The notes: a model not told the origin generated them from the letters alone. A DNA stretch of 64,000 nt from Octopus vulgaris (GCA_951406725.2 OX597816.1:66278001-66342000), one strand, 5' to 3'. Shown: positions 1-13,100, counted from the stretch's first letter. Translations and numbers: made by a program.

Positions 1-170
1 TTTTTCTTTGTTGACACTAATGGTAGCCCTTGTCTTCTGTAATCTTTTCAGTCTCTCGAGAGGAACTGTTGTTTAATTATCTGAAGTAGAATCCATACAA
101 GATTGGATGATTTAGTGCAGTTAATGTTTACTTTGCATTAATTCATGTTCAATTGGTCAATGCAATTTAT

Positions 171-590
171 GGCGGTGAGCTGGCAGAATCATTAGCACAC
201 CAGGCGAAATGCTTAGCGGTATTTCGTCTGCCGTTACATTCTGAGTTCAAATTCCACCAAGGTCGACTTTACCTTTCATCCTTTCGGGGTCGATTAAATA
301 AGTACAAGTTATGCACTGGGGTCAATATAATCGACTTAATCCGTTTGTCTGTCCTTGCTTGTCCTCTCTGTGTTTAGCCCCTTGTGAGTAGTAAAGAAAG
401 GTATTTCATCTGCCATTACGTTCTGACTTCAAATTCTGCCGAGGCCGACTTAGCCTTTCATCCTTTCGGGGTTGATCAAATAAGTACCAGTTACGCACTG
501 AGGTCGATGTAATCGACTTAATCCCTTTGTCTGTCCTTGTTTGTCCCTTCTATGTTTAGTCCCCTGTGTGCAATACAGAAATATATATTT
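171..590 (+). mobile_element. tRNA-derived SINE, family A (tandem partial dimer)
   Basis: GGCGGTGAGCTGGCAGAATC head, GAGTTCAAATTC B-box-like motif, body repeated twice; many copies in the window. Confidence 0.85.
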
Positions 591-786
591 CTTTTTTACT
601 CAGCTTTGTAACTTAAGTGTGTACATTTTAAAAACATTTTATAGCTTTATTAAAGGAGAAAGGACAGCACTTATGATCTTTGAAGAGGAAGGGATAAACT
701 ACTCATGGGTTACAGCTGAATGCAGCAACACATAAAAACATCCAGTTCTCCAGAAACTTGGTCCCACTCAAAGATATAAATCTCTT

Positions 787-1075
787 ATGACTCGAGTGTG
801 GACATATTCTATGACTTGAGTACATTCATGACTCAAGTGCACACATTTCATAACTCAAGTGGACACATTTCATGACACAAATGCATATATTTTGTGACTT
901 GAGTGTGCAAAGATTTCATATCTCTAGGTGTGCACATTTCATTGTTAAATTGTGCACACGTTTTTGGCTTGAATATATTTTATCATATTCTATGATTCAA
1001 GTGTACATATTTTAACTCATCTACACACATTTTGTGGCTCAAGTATACACATTTTTTGATGGATTGTGCACACAC
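787..1075. repeat. Degenerate ~22-bp minisatellite (ATGACTCAAGTGYACACATTTC-like)
   Basis: About 10 imperfect units visible directly. Confidence 0.7.
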
Positions 1076-1146
1076 TTGAAGATTGTTGATCTCTCATAAT
1101 ACTGTGGTTGTCTTAATTCTCACTGTGATCTTTTATTGTAATGCAG

Positions 1147-1238
1147 GACGCAAAACGGGTTGCGCTCAAGGCAAAGGTGGTTCTATGCACATGTACAATT
1201 ATAATTTCTTTGGTGGAAATGGCATTGTAGGAGCTCAG
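1147..1238 (+). CDS. PDHA1: PDHA exon ([31 protein letters not shown])
   Basis: tgcag|GA acceptor, CAG|gtaaat donor, 92 bp. Confidence 0.95.
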
Positions 1239-4200
1239 GTAAATATTTTCTCATTTTGTGGCCCCTTTAACTTTATCAAGCTTGTGTGACTTGGATGATT
1301 TTGGGGATCTTTTCGCTTTGACCAGCAGATTTTTAAAATAATTTCTTTGTAACTAAACACTTTTAAACTTCGTATACTGGTAGAATGTGTTTATAAAACA
1401 TCTTTTTCTCTTGGCTTTCTTCAGAAAATTCTGTAGTTTGTAAGCTATTTGTTGTTTAATTTTTTGCATTTTGGCAATTTCAACTAATCATTGATTAAGC
1501 TCTCTGCCTAAATCAGAAATCACCATTATTGTCATTCCATACCATTCCTCTCTCAGGCATGCTCTTCTTTTCTTTACCTTCTCCACTTTTCTTTCTTGCT
1601 CTTGTTTTCTACCATTTAGTTTCTGACCATCATTCCACTCTATTTCTCTAGGTGCCATTAGGAGCTGGCATTGGTTTTGCCCTGAAGTACCAGAAGAAAC
1701 CTAATATTGTTGTAGCTCTGTATGGAGATGGTGCTGCCAACCAAGGGCAATTGTTTGAGACCTATAACCTGGCTAAGTTGTGGAATATTCCTATAATTTT
1801 CGTGTGTGAGAACAATGGATATGGAATGGGTACAAGTGTTGATCGAGCAGCTGCCTCAACTGATTACTACACTCGAGGGGATTATGTCCCTGGCATTTGG
1901 GTGAGTAAAATTTGGTAACATCTCGAATATTTATACGCATTCTATTCTTATCTGAAATTTAAAAACAAATTATTGTAATTATCATTCAGTAAGAAGGAAG
2001 AGTGACACTCATTATATTTTGAGGGGCCTCTGAAAGATATAAACTAAAATTCATTAATTTCTACAATAGGAAGTAGCACATTAAGGTAGAGTATCTCCAA
2101 GCTGGAGCTCTAATCTGGAAGTTTGCAAGAGAGTGAACACCACTGAAAGCATCCAAGAGCCAAGTAGTGCTGGTTATATTAACCCTTTCATTACCAACCC
2201 GGCTGAAACCGGCTCTGGCTCTGTAATAAAAATGTCTTGTTTTCATAAGTTTTTAATTAAAACCTTCCACCAAACCTTAGTCACAATTACTGTTCCTATC
2301 ACTAGCTTAATGACAACTAAGTTATTTTACAAAATTCTTTGTCATATCTAAAGTAATTGAGAGAAACATAGAGCATCATCATCATCATCATCATTTAATG
2401 TCGGCTTTCCATGCTAGCATGGGTTGGACGGTTCGACTGGAGTCTGGTAAGCCATGGAGGCTGCACCAAGCTCCAGTCTGATTTGGCAGTGTTTCTACAG
2501 TTGGATGCCCTTCCTAACGCCAACCACTCCGTGAGTGTAGTGGGTGTTTTTTTACATGCCACCAGCACAGGGGCCAGAGCAGGCTGGCAAACGGCCACGA
2601 TCGGTTGGTGCTTTTACATGTCACTGACACGGACGCCAGTCAGGTGGCGCTGGCATCTGCCATGTTTGGACGGTGCTTTTTACATGTCACCGGCACGGGT
2701 GTCCTCAAAATAAATACAGTAACAAAAGGGTTAAACTAGATGATCATGTTAAACCAAATTATGGAGTATGACTATCACCAAAGAACCGGTAAGGTCCACA
2801 TGACAGGCTCTTGCATAGTTTCTATTAATTCAGTTTTACTTCCTAGTATGAAGGCTTTGGTATGAGACACTTGATGTATCTACAATGGTGTAAGACCCAG
2901 AACCATATAGTCATAAAACAAACTTTTAACTATATAGCAATACCTGCTCTTCTGTATCCAGTGCAGTTTACTGTGCATGTATATGCACTCTGTTCTTGTT
3001 TGTATTAATATCCAGTACAGTTGACCTCCTTATCATTATTCTTTTTCATTTAACATATCCAACCATGAAATAATTAGGTGTCTCTGTTTTGTTCACATTT
3101 GTTTCCTTGATTGATTACCTGCTTAAGTATCTTTTCTACTTCAGTAATTATTGACCCTTAAAAGCTCAAATTTTGTTTTATATTGTTTACAAGTCTTTTA
3201 TATTAATGAGGTGCCTGCACAGCTGTGTGTTTAAGTTCACTTTACTACAACCACATGGTTTTGGTTTCAGTACTGTTGCATAGCATCTTGGGCAAATGTC
3301 TTCTACAGCCTTGGATTAATGAAAACCTCGTAATTTGATTTTGTTAGATGGAAACTGAAACCTGCCATATATACATATGTGTATATAAATAGGTGTGTGT
3401 ATGTTTCCTTGTGTTTATGTTGTGCGCTAATTGTAAACAAACCTTGTGATACAACTGGTGTTTTTTGTTTGCAATCTTCCATGTAAACACATCCAGCTAT
3501 TGTGTTTGTATTTGAAGGACTAGGGTAAATATCACCTTACTTGGAAATAGGTGAGGGTTGGCAACAGGAAGACCACCAGCTGTAGAAAATCTGCTTCAAC
3601 AAATTTCATCTGACCCATGCTTACCTTGTTTATGACAGTGTCAGTCCAGGACATTTATTCTTCTCTGCCTCCAACACATTGTTTCTCATGGAAGTGGATG
3701 TAGCCGATAACATATGAGATAGGCAGATCCTGTGGCACTGAGGGCACTGAAATTGACCCCAAACAACAGCCACAGGGGCTTGATGATAATGTCTCTTCCT
3801 CTGTTCATGCAGTCGTTCGGTTTCAAAGCTCTCTGCTCCAGCATCACATACAGACGTTTATGTCCTCCGATTAACAGCTAGGGGCTCCAACCGATTGGGA
3901 GGGACTCTACGTAAAGTGAGAGGCCCCTTGAGATGATCATGAAAACAAAGTTTTGGATGCCCAGAAGAGGACCTTATTTGGGAGCCAAGTTACCTGACAT
4001 CTGAATCACAAGGTCAACTCAGTAGAGATGATGATGAAAGATGTGAGCATGGAAAATTGGAAATTAAAATAATTATAAAGCAAAATAGGAATATTCTTTT
4101 ATTTATTTTGTTGGTTATTGGGAGAGCTTTTTGTTTTGCTCTTTAGTAAGTTATTTGGATATTAATTACATGACCTAGTTTACTATTTCAACATTCCATA

Positions 4201-7113
4201 TGTTGGTATGCTACAAATTGAGGTGTGGGTGTGTGCAAGAAGGAATAGAAATGTTTGTGATATGTGTTAGGTGGCCAAAAAGAATAAGAAGAAAGTAGAA
4301 ACGTGAAAGGGTTGAGTGAGAAACAGGATGGAACATGCTAAGCTAATACAAGAGAGAAACAGTGTGCGAAAGCAATACAATATTTTTCAGAAATTTGTGG
4401 CTATAATGTTAATTAGTAATATATAATATATTCAAATGTTAACGAGTGCACAGAGATGGAGACAACCATTTATGTTTTCATTTGATAGGTGCAGGCATGG
4501 ATGTGCAGTAAGCAGTTTGCTTCCCAAGCATATAAGTCAAGGTTCAATCCCATTGTGTGGCACCTTTGACATAGACCAAAGCCTTGTGAATGGATTTGGT
4601 AGATATATTACATTTAATGTGGTTTTAGAGTCAAGTTTTGGCTGCTATTTCCAGTGTGGTGGTATCTCATAGATACTCTAAATTATAATTTTAATGATAA
4701 TTATTATCTTTGAAGGTTTTTATTCCCATGCTGGCCACCTGAGAAGATCAATATTTAAATAACGATCTTATCCTTATTTATATAAATTTAATTAAATATA
4801 TATATATATATTGTTATATTTCGGAATGGTCATATTGCCAGTTTAGCCAATAAAAACACACGCACTATATATTTGGTGTTATTTTGCTTCAGTGATATTT
4901 ATTTTTTACATTAATCTTAATCTTATTTCGGCCAAAGTTCTTTCGTCACACTCCTGTGACCGCATCAGTGGTCCTTTGTTTTCTTCTCACTTACTTGTGT
5001 CTCTCCTTACTAACCGTCAGCCATTTTGTATTTCTATTGTATGTCTTCATTTGCGCATGCTTATATCTCTATGTGCATCTATGTTTATTTAGTGTGTGTG
5101 TGGGGGGGATGTCTGTAATATTTGTATCTTCTGGTTATATACATTCTTGTAATTTGTATTTTGTTTTTGTTTTTTTTGTTCTAATTTTGTTCATGTGTTT
5201 ACATCCACCCATTATTATCATTACATATGCTTGTATGTATGTATAACAACAATATTAGTAATAATAATAATAAATCTAATCGAGAAAAAAAAAAAAAAAA
5301 AAAAGAATATACATATACATATATATATATATACATACACATACATATACATATATATATATACATATATACACACATATATACACATATACATATACAT
5401 ATATATACACATATACATACACATAGATATTCATTTCTATTTCTTTAATTACCTGTGTATTTATTATGTTTGCAGGATCCACTATTGTCATATGTTGTGG
5501 TGTGCGCTATTGCTCCATTCTAGTTTTCTATTCAGGCTAGGTTTATTTTCTATTATATGTGTAGCTTCTGTAATTTGTCTAATTGTTGCATCTGTTCTAT
5601 GTGTGGACAATATCTTAATCTCTATGTTATTGATTGATCCCCCGTGTTCTTGTTCGGCGTGTTGGTACAGAATCGATGAGCTTTTACCTTCCTTGAGTTG
5701 TCTCCAATGTTCATTCACCCGCTCACCAATGCTTCTTGCAGTTTCCCTACGTATGTTACTGTCTTGTTACTGCATCGTCCCTCTATACATCTTATACTAT
5801 AGACCACATTTCTGGCTTTACAGTTCGTTTGTGGGCTATAGTATAAGATGTATAGAGGGACGATGCAGTAACAAGACAGTAACATACGTAGGGGAAACTG
5901 CAAGAAGCATTGGTGAGCGGGTGAATGAACATTGGAGACAACTCAAGGAAGGTAAAAGCTCATCGATTCTGTACCAACACGCCGAACAAGAACACGGGGG
6001 ATCAATCAATAACATAGAGATTAAGATATTGTCCACACATAGAACAGATGCAACAATTAGACAAATTACAGAAGCTACACATATAATAGAAAATAAACCT
6101 AGCCTGAATAGAAAACTAGAATGGAGCAATAGCGCACACCACAACATATGACAATAGTGGATCCTGCAAACATAATAAATACACAGGTAATTAAAGAAAT
6201 AGAAATGAATATCTATGTGTATGTATATGTGTATATATATGTATATGTATATGTGTATATATGTGTGTATATATGTATATGTGTATATATGTGTGTATAT
6301 ATGTATATATATATATGTATATGTATGTGTATGTATATATATATATATGTATATGTATATTCTTTTTTTTTTTTTTTTTTTTTTCTCGATTAGATTTATT
6401 ATTATTATTACTAATATTGTTGTTATACATACATACAAGCATATGTAATGATAATAATGGGTGGATGTAAACACATGAACAAAATTAGAACAAAAGCAAC
6501 AACAACAAAAACAAAATACAAATTACAAGAATGTATATAACCAGAAGATACAAATATTACAGACATCCCCCCCCCACACTAAATAAACATAGACGCACAT
6601 AGAGATATAAGCATGCGCAAATGAAGACATACAATAGAAATACAAAATGGCTGACGGTTAGTAAGGAGAGACACAAGTAAGTGAGAAGAAAACAAAGGAC
6701 CACTGATGCGGTCACAGGAGTGTGACGAAAGAACTTTGGCCGAATTAAGATTAATGTAAAAAATAAATATCACTGAAGCAAAATAACACCAAATATATAG
6801 TGCGTGTGTTTTTATTGGCTAAACTGGCAATATGACCATTCCGAAATATAACAATATCTGTTTCAACACACGACTTCACATAAAAAATCTTGCACAACAA
6901 ATATTTAAATATATATATATAAATATATAACAATTACAGCGTGGAAAGTATTTATAAGCCATTTAAGAAACACACAAAAACCATTTGTTGAAGTGAATCT
7001 AAAGGTTTTTGTGTGTTTCTTAAATGGCTTATAAACACCTTCCACGCTGCAATTGTTTTCGTTTCAACACACGATCTCAGATCAGGTCACTTGTTATGCA
7101 AGTACATCTCCGT

Positions 7114-7165
<52 letters not shown>

Positions 7166-10100
7166 ACCGCGTGTGTATCGTTGGCAATTTTCTTTCTCCG
7201 TCTTCCCTTCCTTAGACCATTCCTTTTTCTACGTTTCTGACGAAGAGCTCCACTCAAAACGTTAAATCCTTCTTTCTTTCCTTTCTTGAGTGCTCAATAA
7301 CACTATACTTGTTCCGCGTCCTCGCATTGTTGTGTTTTCTCTTTGTTCATGTTTGGATTAACTATATATATACATATATATATATTTGGCCAGAATCACA
7401 CCAGATGCAGAGGAAGAAAGAAAATAGTAATTCAGGGAAGGAGAAGTAGTGAGAGTAATAGCCCTGACTGAGAGGGAGCGAGAGAAAGTAATAGCAATGA
7501 GAGAAAGGAAGGAGTGGGAAAAAAAATCAGCGTTTCGACTCTGAGTATATGTGTGTATGTGTACAAGGGAAGTATGTGAATGTTTGTGTGATTATTGTGT
7601 ACCTTATTTATATACAAATACTACAATTGGCTGTCATTATTGATTGATCGTGGTCAGCTAGTATATATGTGTGTATATATACATATATCAATTCACTTAA
7701 ACTAGTTGAGATGGTTGGCACTTCTCATTTGCAGTATCTTTTAATAATGTGACAATAAAAGACATTTTTGCTGTCACATTCAACTTCAGTGAAAAAATGA
7801 TCTGATGGTACCACTCATAATTATTCATTTAATATTGCCTGTTTTCTGTTATATTTTTTGTATTCATTTGCATATCCACACACATGTACTCATGGAGTGC
7901 ATGCACACACTGCAGTAGACATGCACATAAAAACACATGTTCATGCAAATTATATGCACATATAGATATGGATTAAGCTACAATGATTTCATTTGTTACA
8001 GGTTGATGGTATGGATGTATTAGCAGTTAGAGAAGCCACAAGATTTGCCCGACGCTATGCTCTTAAACAAGGTCCCATCCTCTTAGAGTGTGTTACTTAC
8101 CGTTACCATGGTCACAGTATGAGTGACCCGGGAACAAGGTTGGATTGTATTTTTTTTCCTCTTTTATTTTGTCCTAGTAATAATTTTTTTTGCAATTAAC
8201 ATTTTCATTATTGGAAGAAATTTTGAAAATCACTTGTATAAAATTGGGTGTTTGTGGTGAGGTGTGTGCGTGTATGTGAGGCTATGAATGTAATAGGCAT
8301 TTAGAAACCATAAAGAATAAGGGGAAAGAAGGGGAATATTATAATAATATTAATGAAATTATTGTATACAGTGCTCAGGTGCACCACAACTTGTCAAAAG
8401 TGCATATAAAGTATATGCAGTAATGTACAAATGTCTGGAAAGCAAACTGTGTATGAGTCAGATACATGCTTGCGTGTGTATGGAGGGGAGAAAATCAGGT
8501 GTAGTGTTGGCGAATCTCAGGAAGCATGGAAGTTTTGAAGGATGCAGTGCTCCGACAACTGATGCCGGCAGTCTGTTCCATGCTTCAGCAACTCTTAGAG
8601 TGGCTGAAGGGACTGAGTGTGAAACAGGATTAAAAATAGAGAAAGTGATAATGGGACATGCTGCAATGAAGGGAGAGAGAGAGAGAGATGTTACTATAGA
8701 CAGACAGCCAGACAAACAGGAGTAGAAAGATTGATATACTACTAATACCAATGGGTCTTTTGTTGATTTTTACCAATGATATCTCAGTTGTTTGATCCAG
8801 TGAACTACTTATGCATTAAATTACGTATTCTACAGAGGCATTCCATTATCTTAATGTAATTCTTAGATAAAAGCAGTCTGTAACAATTCTGAGCCTTTGA
8901 ATTATAGCCACAGCATATCCAATGAGTTGTTATACAGTGTCTGTCTGTTTGATTTCACTCACCAAGGCTTAAGTTAAATTCGAGGATATGACAAAAGAGG
9001 CTTTCATAAAGGTGTAGCAGAGTGGGATTGAGTCCAGAACATCATGACTGAAAGCAAACATTTTAGCTGTCCACTCTGTATCATGCGATCACCATACACT
9101 TGAAGAGAATTATCATAGTTGTTTTATTGAGTCCGGAAGAATTAGAGCCAAATTGTCCACTCTGGTGTGATTTTTAACTCTGAATGTAAAGAGCCCTAAC
9201 TAAATGTTTGTAAGATATTTAATCTAATATTCCTTTATTGCTATTTATATAATACAAGACTACAAAAAAATTTTGTCACAAGTGGGAGATAAAATATGGT
9301 TCTAGGCCCCCGTGCCAGTAGCACGTAAAAGCACCATCCGTTCGTGGCCGTTTGCCAGCTTTGTCTGGCACCTGTGCAGGTGGCACGTAAAAAGCACCCA
9401 CTACACTCACGGAGTGGTTGGCGTTAGGAAGGGCATCCAGCCGTAGAAACACTGCCAAATCTGACTGGGCCTGATGAAGCCTCCCGGCTTCACAGACCCC
9501 AGTTAAACCGTCCAACCCATGCTAGCATGGAAAACGGACGCTAAATGATGATGATGATGTGGTGAGCTGGCGAAATCATTAGCATGCTGGACAAAATGTT
9601 TAGTGACATTTTATCCATTTTTATGTTCTGTGTTCAAATTCTATCAATGCCAGCTTTGCCTTTCATCCTTTTGGGGTTAATGAAATAGTAGTAGGTTGTC
9701 CGGAAAGTTTGTGCTGACTTTTAAAGGAAAGAAAAAAGTCAATAAATACTTGCCATTACCCAAGCTTTACCAGGTGCTCATGAACAACAGATTTTGATAG
9801 TTTGAGGGTTTCTGCCAATTCTCGGGTTATTCTCAATTAATGACTTGATTTGGTCATCATCTGTAGTGGATGGTCTGCCTGATCGCTCTTTATCAATAAG
9901 GCTACAATCGACAGCTCAGAACCTTACGAACCACTTCTGTACAGTTCTTTCGGATAAAGAAACATAACCGTAAACTGTGCATATTTCTTTGGCTGCTTGT
10001 GAGGCATTTTTCCCTTTACGGAAAAAGAAAAGCATCAAGTGCCGAAATTGAACTTATCTTCCATTTTAAAGGGTTACAGAATTAACACAGGTTATAGGAA

Positions 10101-13100
10101 CGAAAAGATAGCCTAAACTGTGCTCTAAATGGAGGTGTAGTCAAATCCTATTTAATGGACTCAAACATGTTCTAAAATAATTCGAAAGGTAAGCTACCAT
10201 AAAACGGCACGAACTTTCCGGACAACCCAATAGTAGGTTGAGCACTAGGATCACTGTAATCAACTAGCATCCCACTCACCAAATTTCGGGCCTTGTGCCT
10301 ATAGTAGAAAGGATTATTATTATTATAGGTGTAGCTGTGGCTGTGTGGTTAGGAAGCTTATTTCCCAACTACGTGGTCTTGTGTTCAGCTTTACAGTACA
10401 ATGCCTTCAGTGTCTTCTATTATAGTTCCAGGCCAACAAAAGACTTGTGAGTGGATTTGGTGTGTTTGTGTGTACTCTTCTGTAATCATCATATGATAGC
10501 CAATGCTCCAAGGAAATGTCTGGCCATGGGAAAAATTAGCTTACTTGGAAACAGGTGAGGGTCGGCAACAGGAAGGGCATCCAGCTGTCAAAAATTCTGC
10601 CTCAACAAATTTTGTCTGACTCATGTATGTATAGAAAAGTAGACATTAACCCCTTGACGCCGGTATTACTTGAAGCATTCAAGACACTGCTCCGGTTTTT
10701 TTTATCTGATGAGGCCACACAAACACAAGTGCCAACGAGCTCGCATCTACGTTCACTGTTACAATAACATAGTGTCTTACATTTACGTGTGCCGGTTTAT
10801 GAAAACGAACTATGTGAAGCTATTTATCATAATATGATATGCATGAGTTATTCTGCTCAAGTTAAAAAAATAGCTTGCGTGTGGTACAACTCGAAACACG
10901 GTATTATGCATGTAAAGCATCCACATGTCATTGGTCTACTGCTAGTCTCATGACTTGAACATAACCTAAAATTAAGATAATGCACGGGATGGCGTGTGCA
11001 CGCACCTCAAGAGATAATGTACACAATAGTGAATGTAAACATACATCAGCCGCTAAAAAGTCTGTGATAGATGTAGGGCAGCTCTACATCGTATATTTAT
11101 GTTAACCACGGGTGGGCAAGCAAAGGTGTGATCGCATATTTGCGTCAACCGTTGTCAAGGGGTTAAGTGATGATTATTATTATTTTGTTAACAAATTTTC
11201 ATGCTGCTAACATTTTCTACTACTAAGACGCTATTTTCTGTGTATTATAGTTACCGTACAAGAGCAGAAATTCAAGAAGTAAGAGAAAAAAGGGACCCCA
11301 TTTCAGCACTGAAAGAACGTATGTTGTCTAATAATCTAGCTGCTGCTGATGAACTTAAGGTAAGTTAGAAACAACTACAAAACAGGAAAATGTCACTCTG
11401 TCTCAAGTAGTGTGTTCAAGATCAATGTTGATGGCTATTCTCTCATAGCTCAGGCCCTTGAAACATAACAAAGGGTTTGAATTGATGCCATGAGTTTGTA
11501 GTTCAAAACAATTACACTAAGATATTTATATCTTTGCTATAAATTTATTTATGTGGATTTCTTCTGCTTTCATTTTACTATTATTGACATTAAAAATATT
11601 AATGTAAAAAGCATTTACGTAAAAAGCACCATCCAAACGTGTCTGATGCCAGCGCCGCCTTGACTGGCTTCCGTGCCAGTGGCACATAAAAAGCACCAAC
11701 TGATCATGGCCATTGCCAGCCTCCCTTGGCACCCGTGCCAGTGGCACATAAAAAGCACCCACTACACTCACAGAGTGGTTGGCATTAGGAAGAGCATCCA
11801 GCTGTAGAAATACTGCCAGATCAGACCGGAGCCTGGTGCAGCCTCCTGGCTTCCCAGACCCCAGTCAAACCGTCCAACCCATGCTCGCATGGAAAATGGA
11901 CATTAAACGATGACGATGATTTACTTTAAAATTGAAAAGTTTCTCTAACAATATTTTTAAAATGTTGTAAGAGAAAAACAATTGTCTCTGTAACTCACTG
12001 TTGATAGTGTAGCATATGTAATTTTTTAGAAAAACTGTGAGTTGGACAGATAGATATATTCAAATTTAGCTTTAAAACTAAAATTGCATAATACAATCAT
12101 TATAATGTGACTGAGTGCAATAAATAAATATATATTTTCTATCTGAATTGAATGTCCTTTTCAAGTGATGCCAAACGTTTTGCTCTTTCATTTTTACTTG
12201 AATCTATATCTGCCTGCTCAAGGAAAAACCACTTCTAGCTACCTCTAATTGACATTTTCCAGTTGCAGTTCAGGCTGAGCATTCATCGTACACACCTATT
12301 ACATCAGTTGACACAAACTCCTTATATATTCTATATCAATGCTTACATGGTTCTGTATGCACCCAATTCACCCACATAGCCCACCCATCAATTTCAGCCA
12401 ATTTTAATGTATAGCTGATTTTATTCTAGAATATATACTCTTTTACTTGTTTCAGTCATTTGACTGCAGCCATGCTGGAGCACCGCCTTTAGTCGAGCAA
12501 ATCAACTCCAGGACTTAATCTTTGGAAGCCTAGTACTTATTCTATTGTTCTCTTTTGCCGAACTGCTAAGTTACGGGGACGTAAACACACCAGCATCGGT
12601 TGTCAAGCGATGTTGGGAGGACAAACACAGACACACATATATATACATATATACGACAGGCTTCTTTCAGTTTCCGTCTACCAGATCCACTCACAAGGCT
12701 TTGGTCAACCCAAGGCTATAGTGGAAGATGCCCAAGGTGCCATGAAGTGGGAATGAACCCAAAACCATGTGGTTGGTAAGCAAGCCATTTACCACACATC
12801 CACTCCTACGCCTATATATTTACAAATTTGTAAACAAATCCAAAGGCTGTAAATTACGTAGAAGAGCGACACATAGGTCCTTTCTAATAACTATAATTAT
12901 ATATTATTTACAATAATATATGCTCCATTTAAAGCAACTAAATGTAAACAATTGACGGGAAAAAAATTTTGGATTGCTCAGATTCCATCATCGCTTGGCC
13001 TTTTGTTACACATTTTTGGTGGGGATACTTTCAAGCTAGGCAGGCAGTGGAGGAAAAAAAAATGAATAATTTTGAGTATTGCAAATTTGAACTCCTGATC

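Larger units (their letters stand above)
4808..6856. mobile_element. Fold-back (inverted) 5'-truncated Penelope-like retroelement: ~1-kb arms, ~21-33-bp spacer
   Basis: Arms 4808-5802 and 5836-6856 are reverse complements. They encode a GIY-YIG endonuclease C-terminus (NVVYSIRC...[16 protein letters not shown]...RQITEATHI...LNRKLEW). (TA)n lies on the left flank. Confidence 0.88.

Noticed and set aside
2411-2713. Recurrent short ORFs such as MLAWVGRF.../[15 protein letters not shown]
   Set aside because: Chance translations of SINE family C repeated throughout the window.
6148-6215. Possible SECIS after the GIY-YIG stop (as in selenoprotein-coding Naiad PLEs)
   Set aside because: ATGA...AAA...TGA words are present, but I see no convincing helix and no in-frame TGA in the visible fragment. 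SECISearch would settle it.
5195-6474. Long 318-aa and 212-aa ORFs across the palindrome
   Set aside because: Mostly translated TA/CA microsatellite and antisense GIY-YIG. Only the 5837-6151 segment is real protein-derived sequence.
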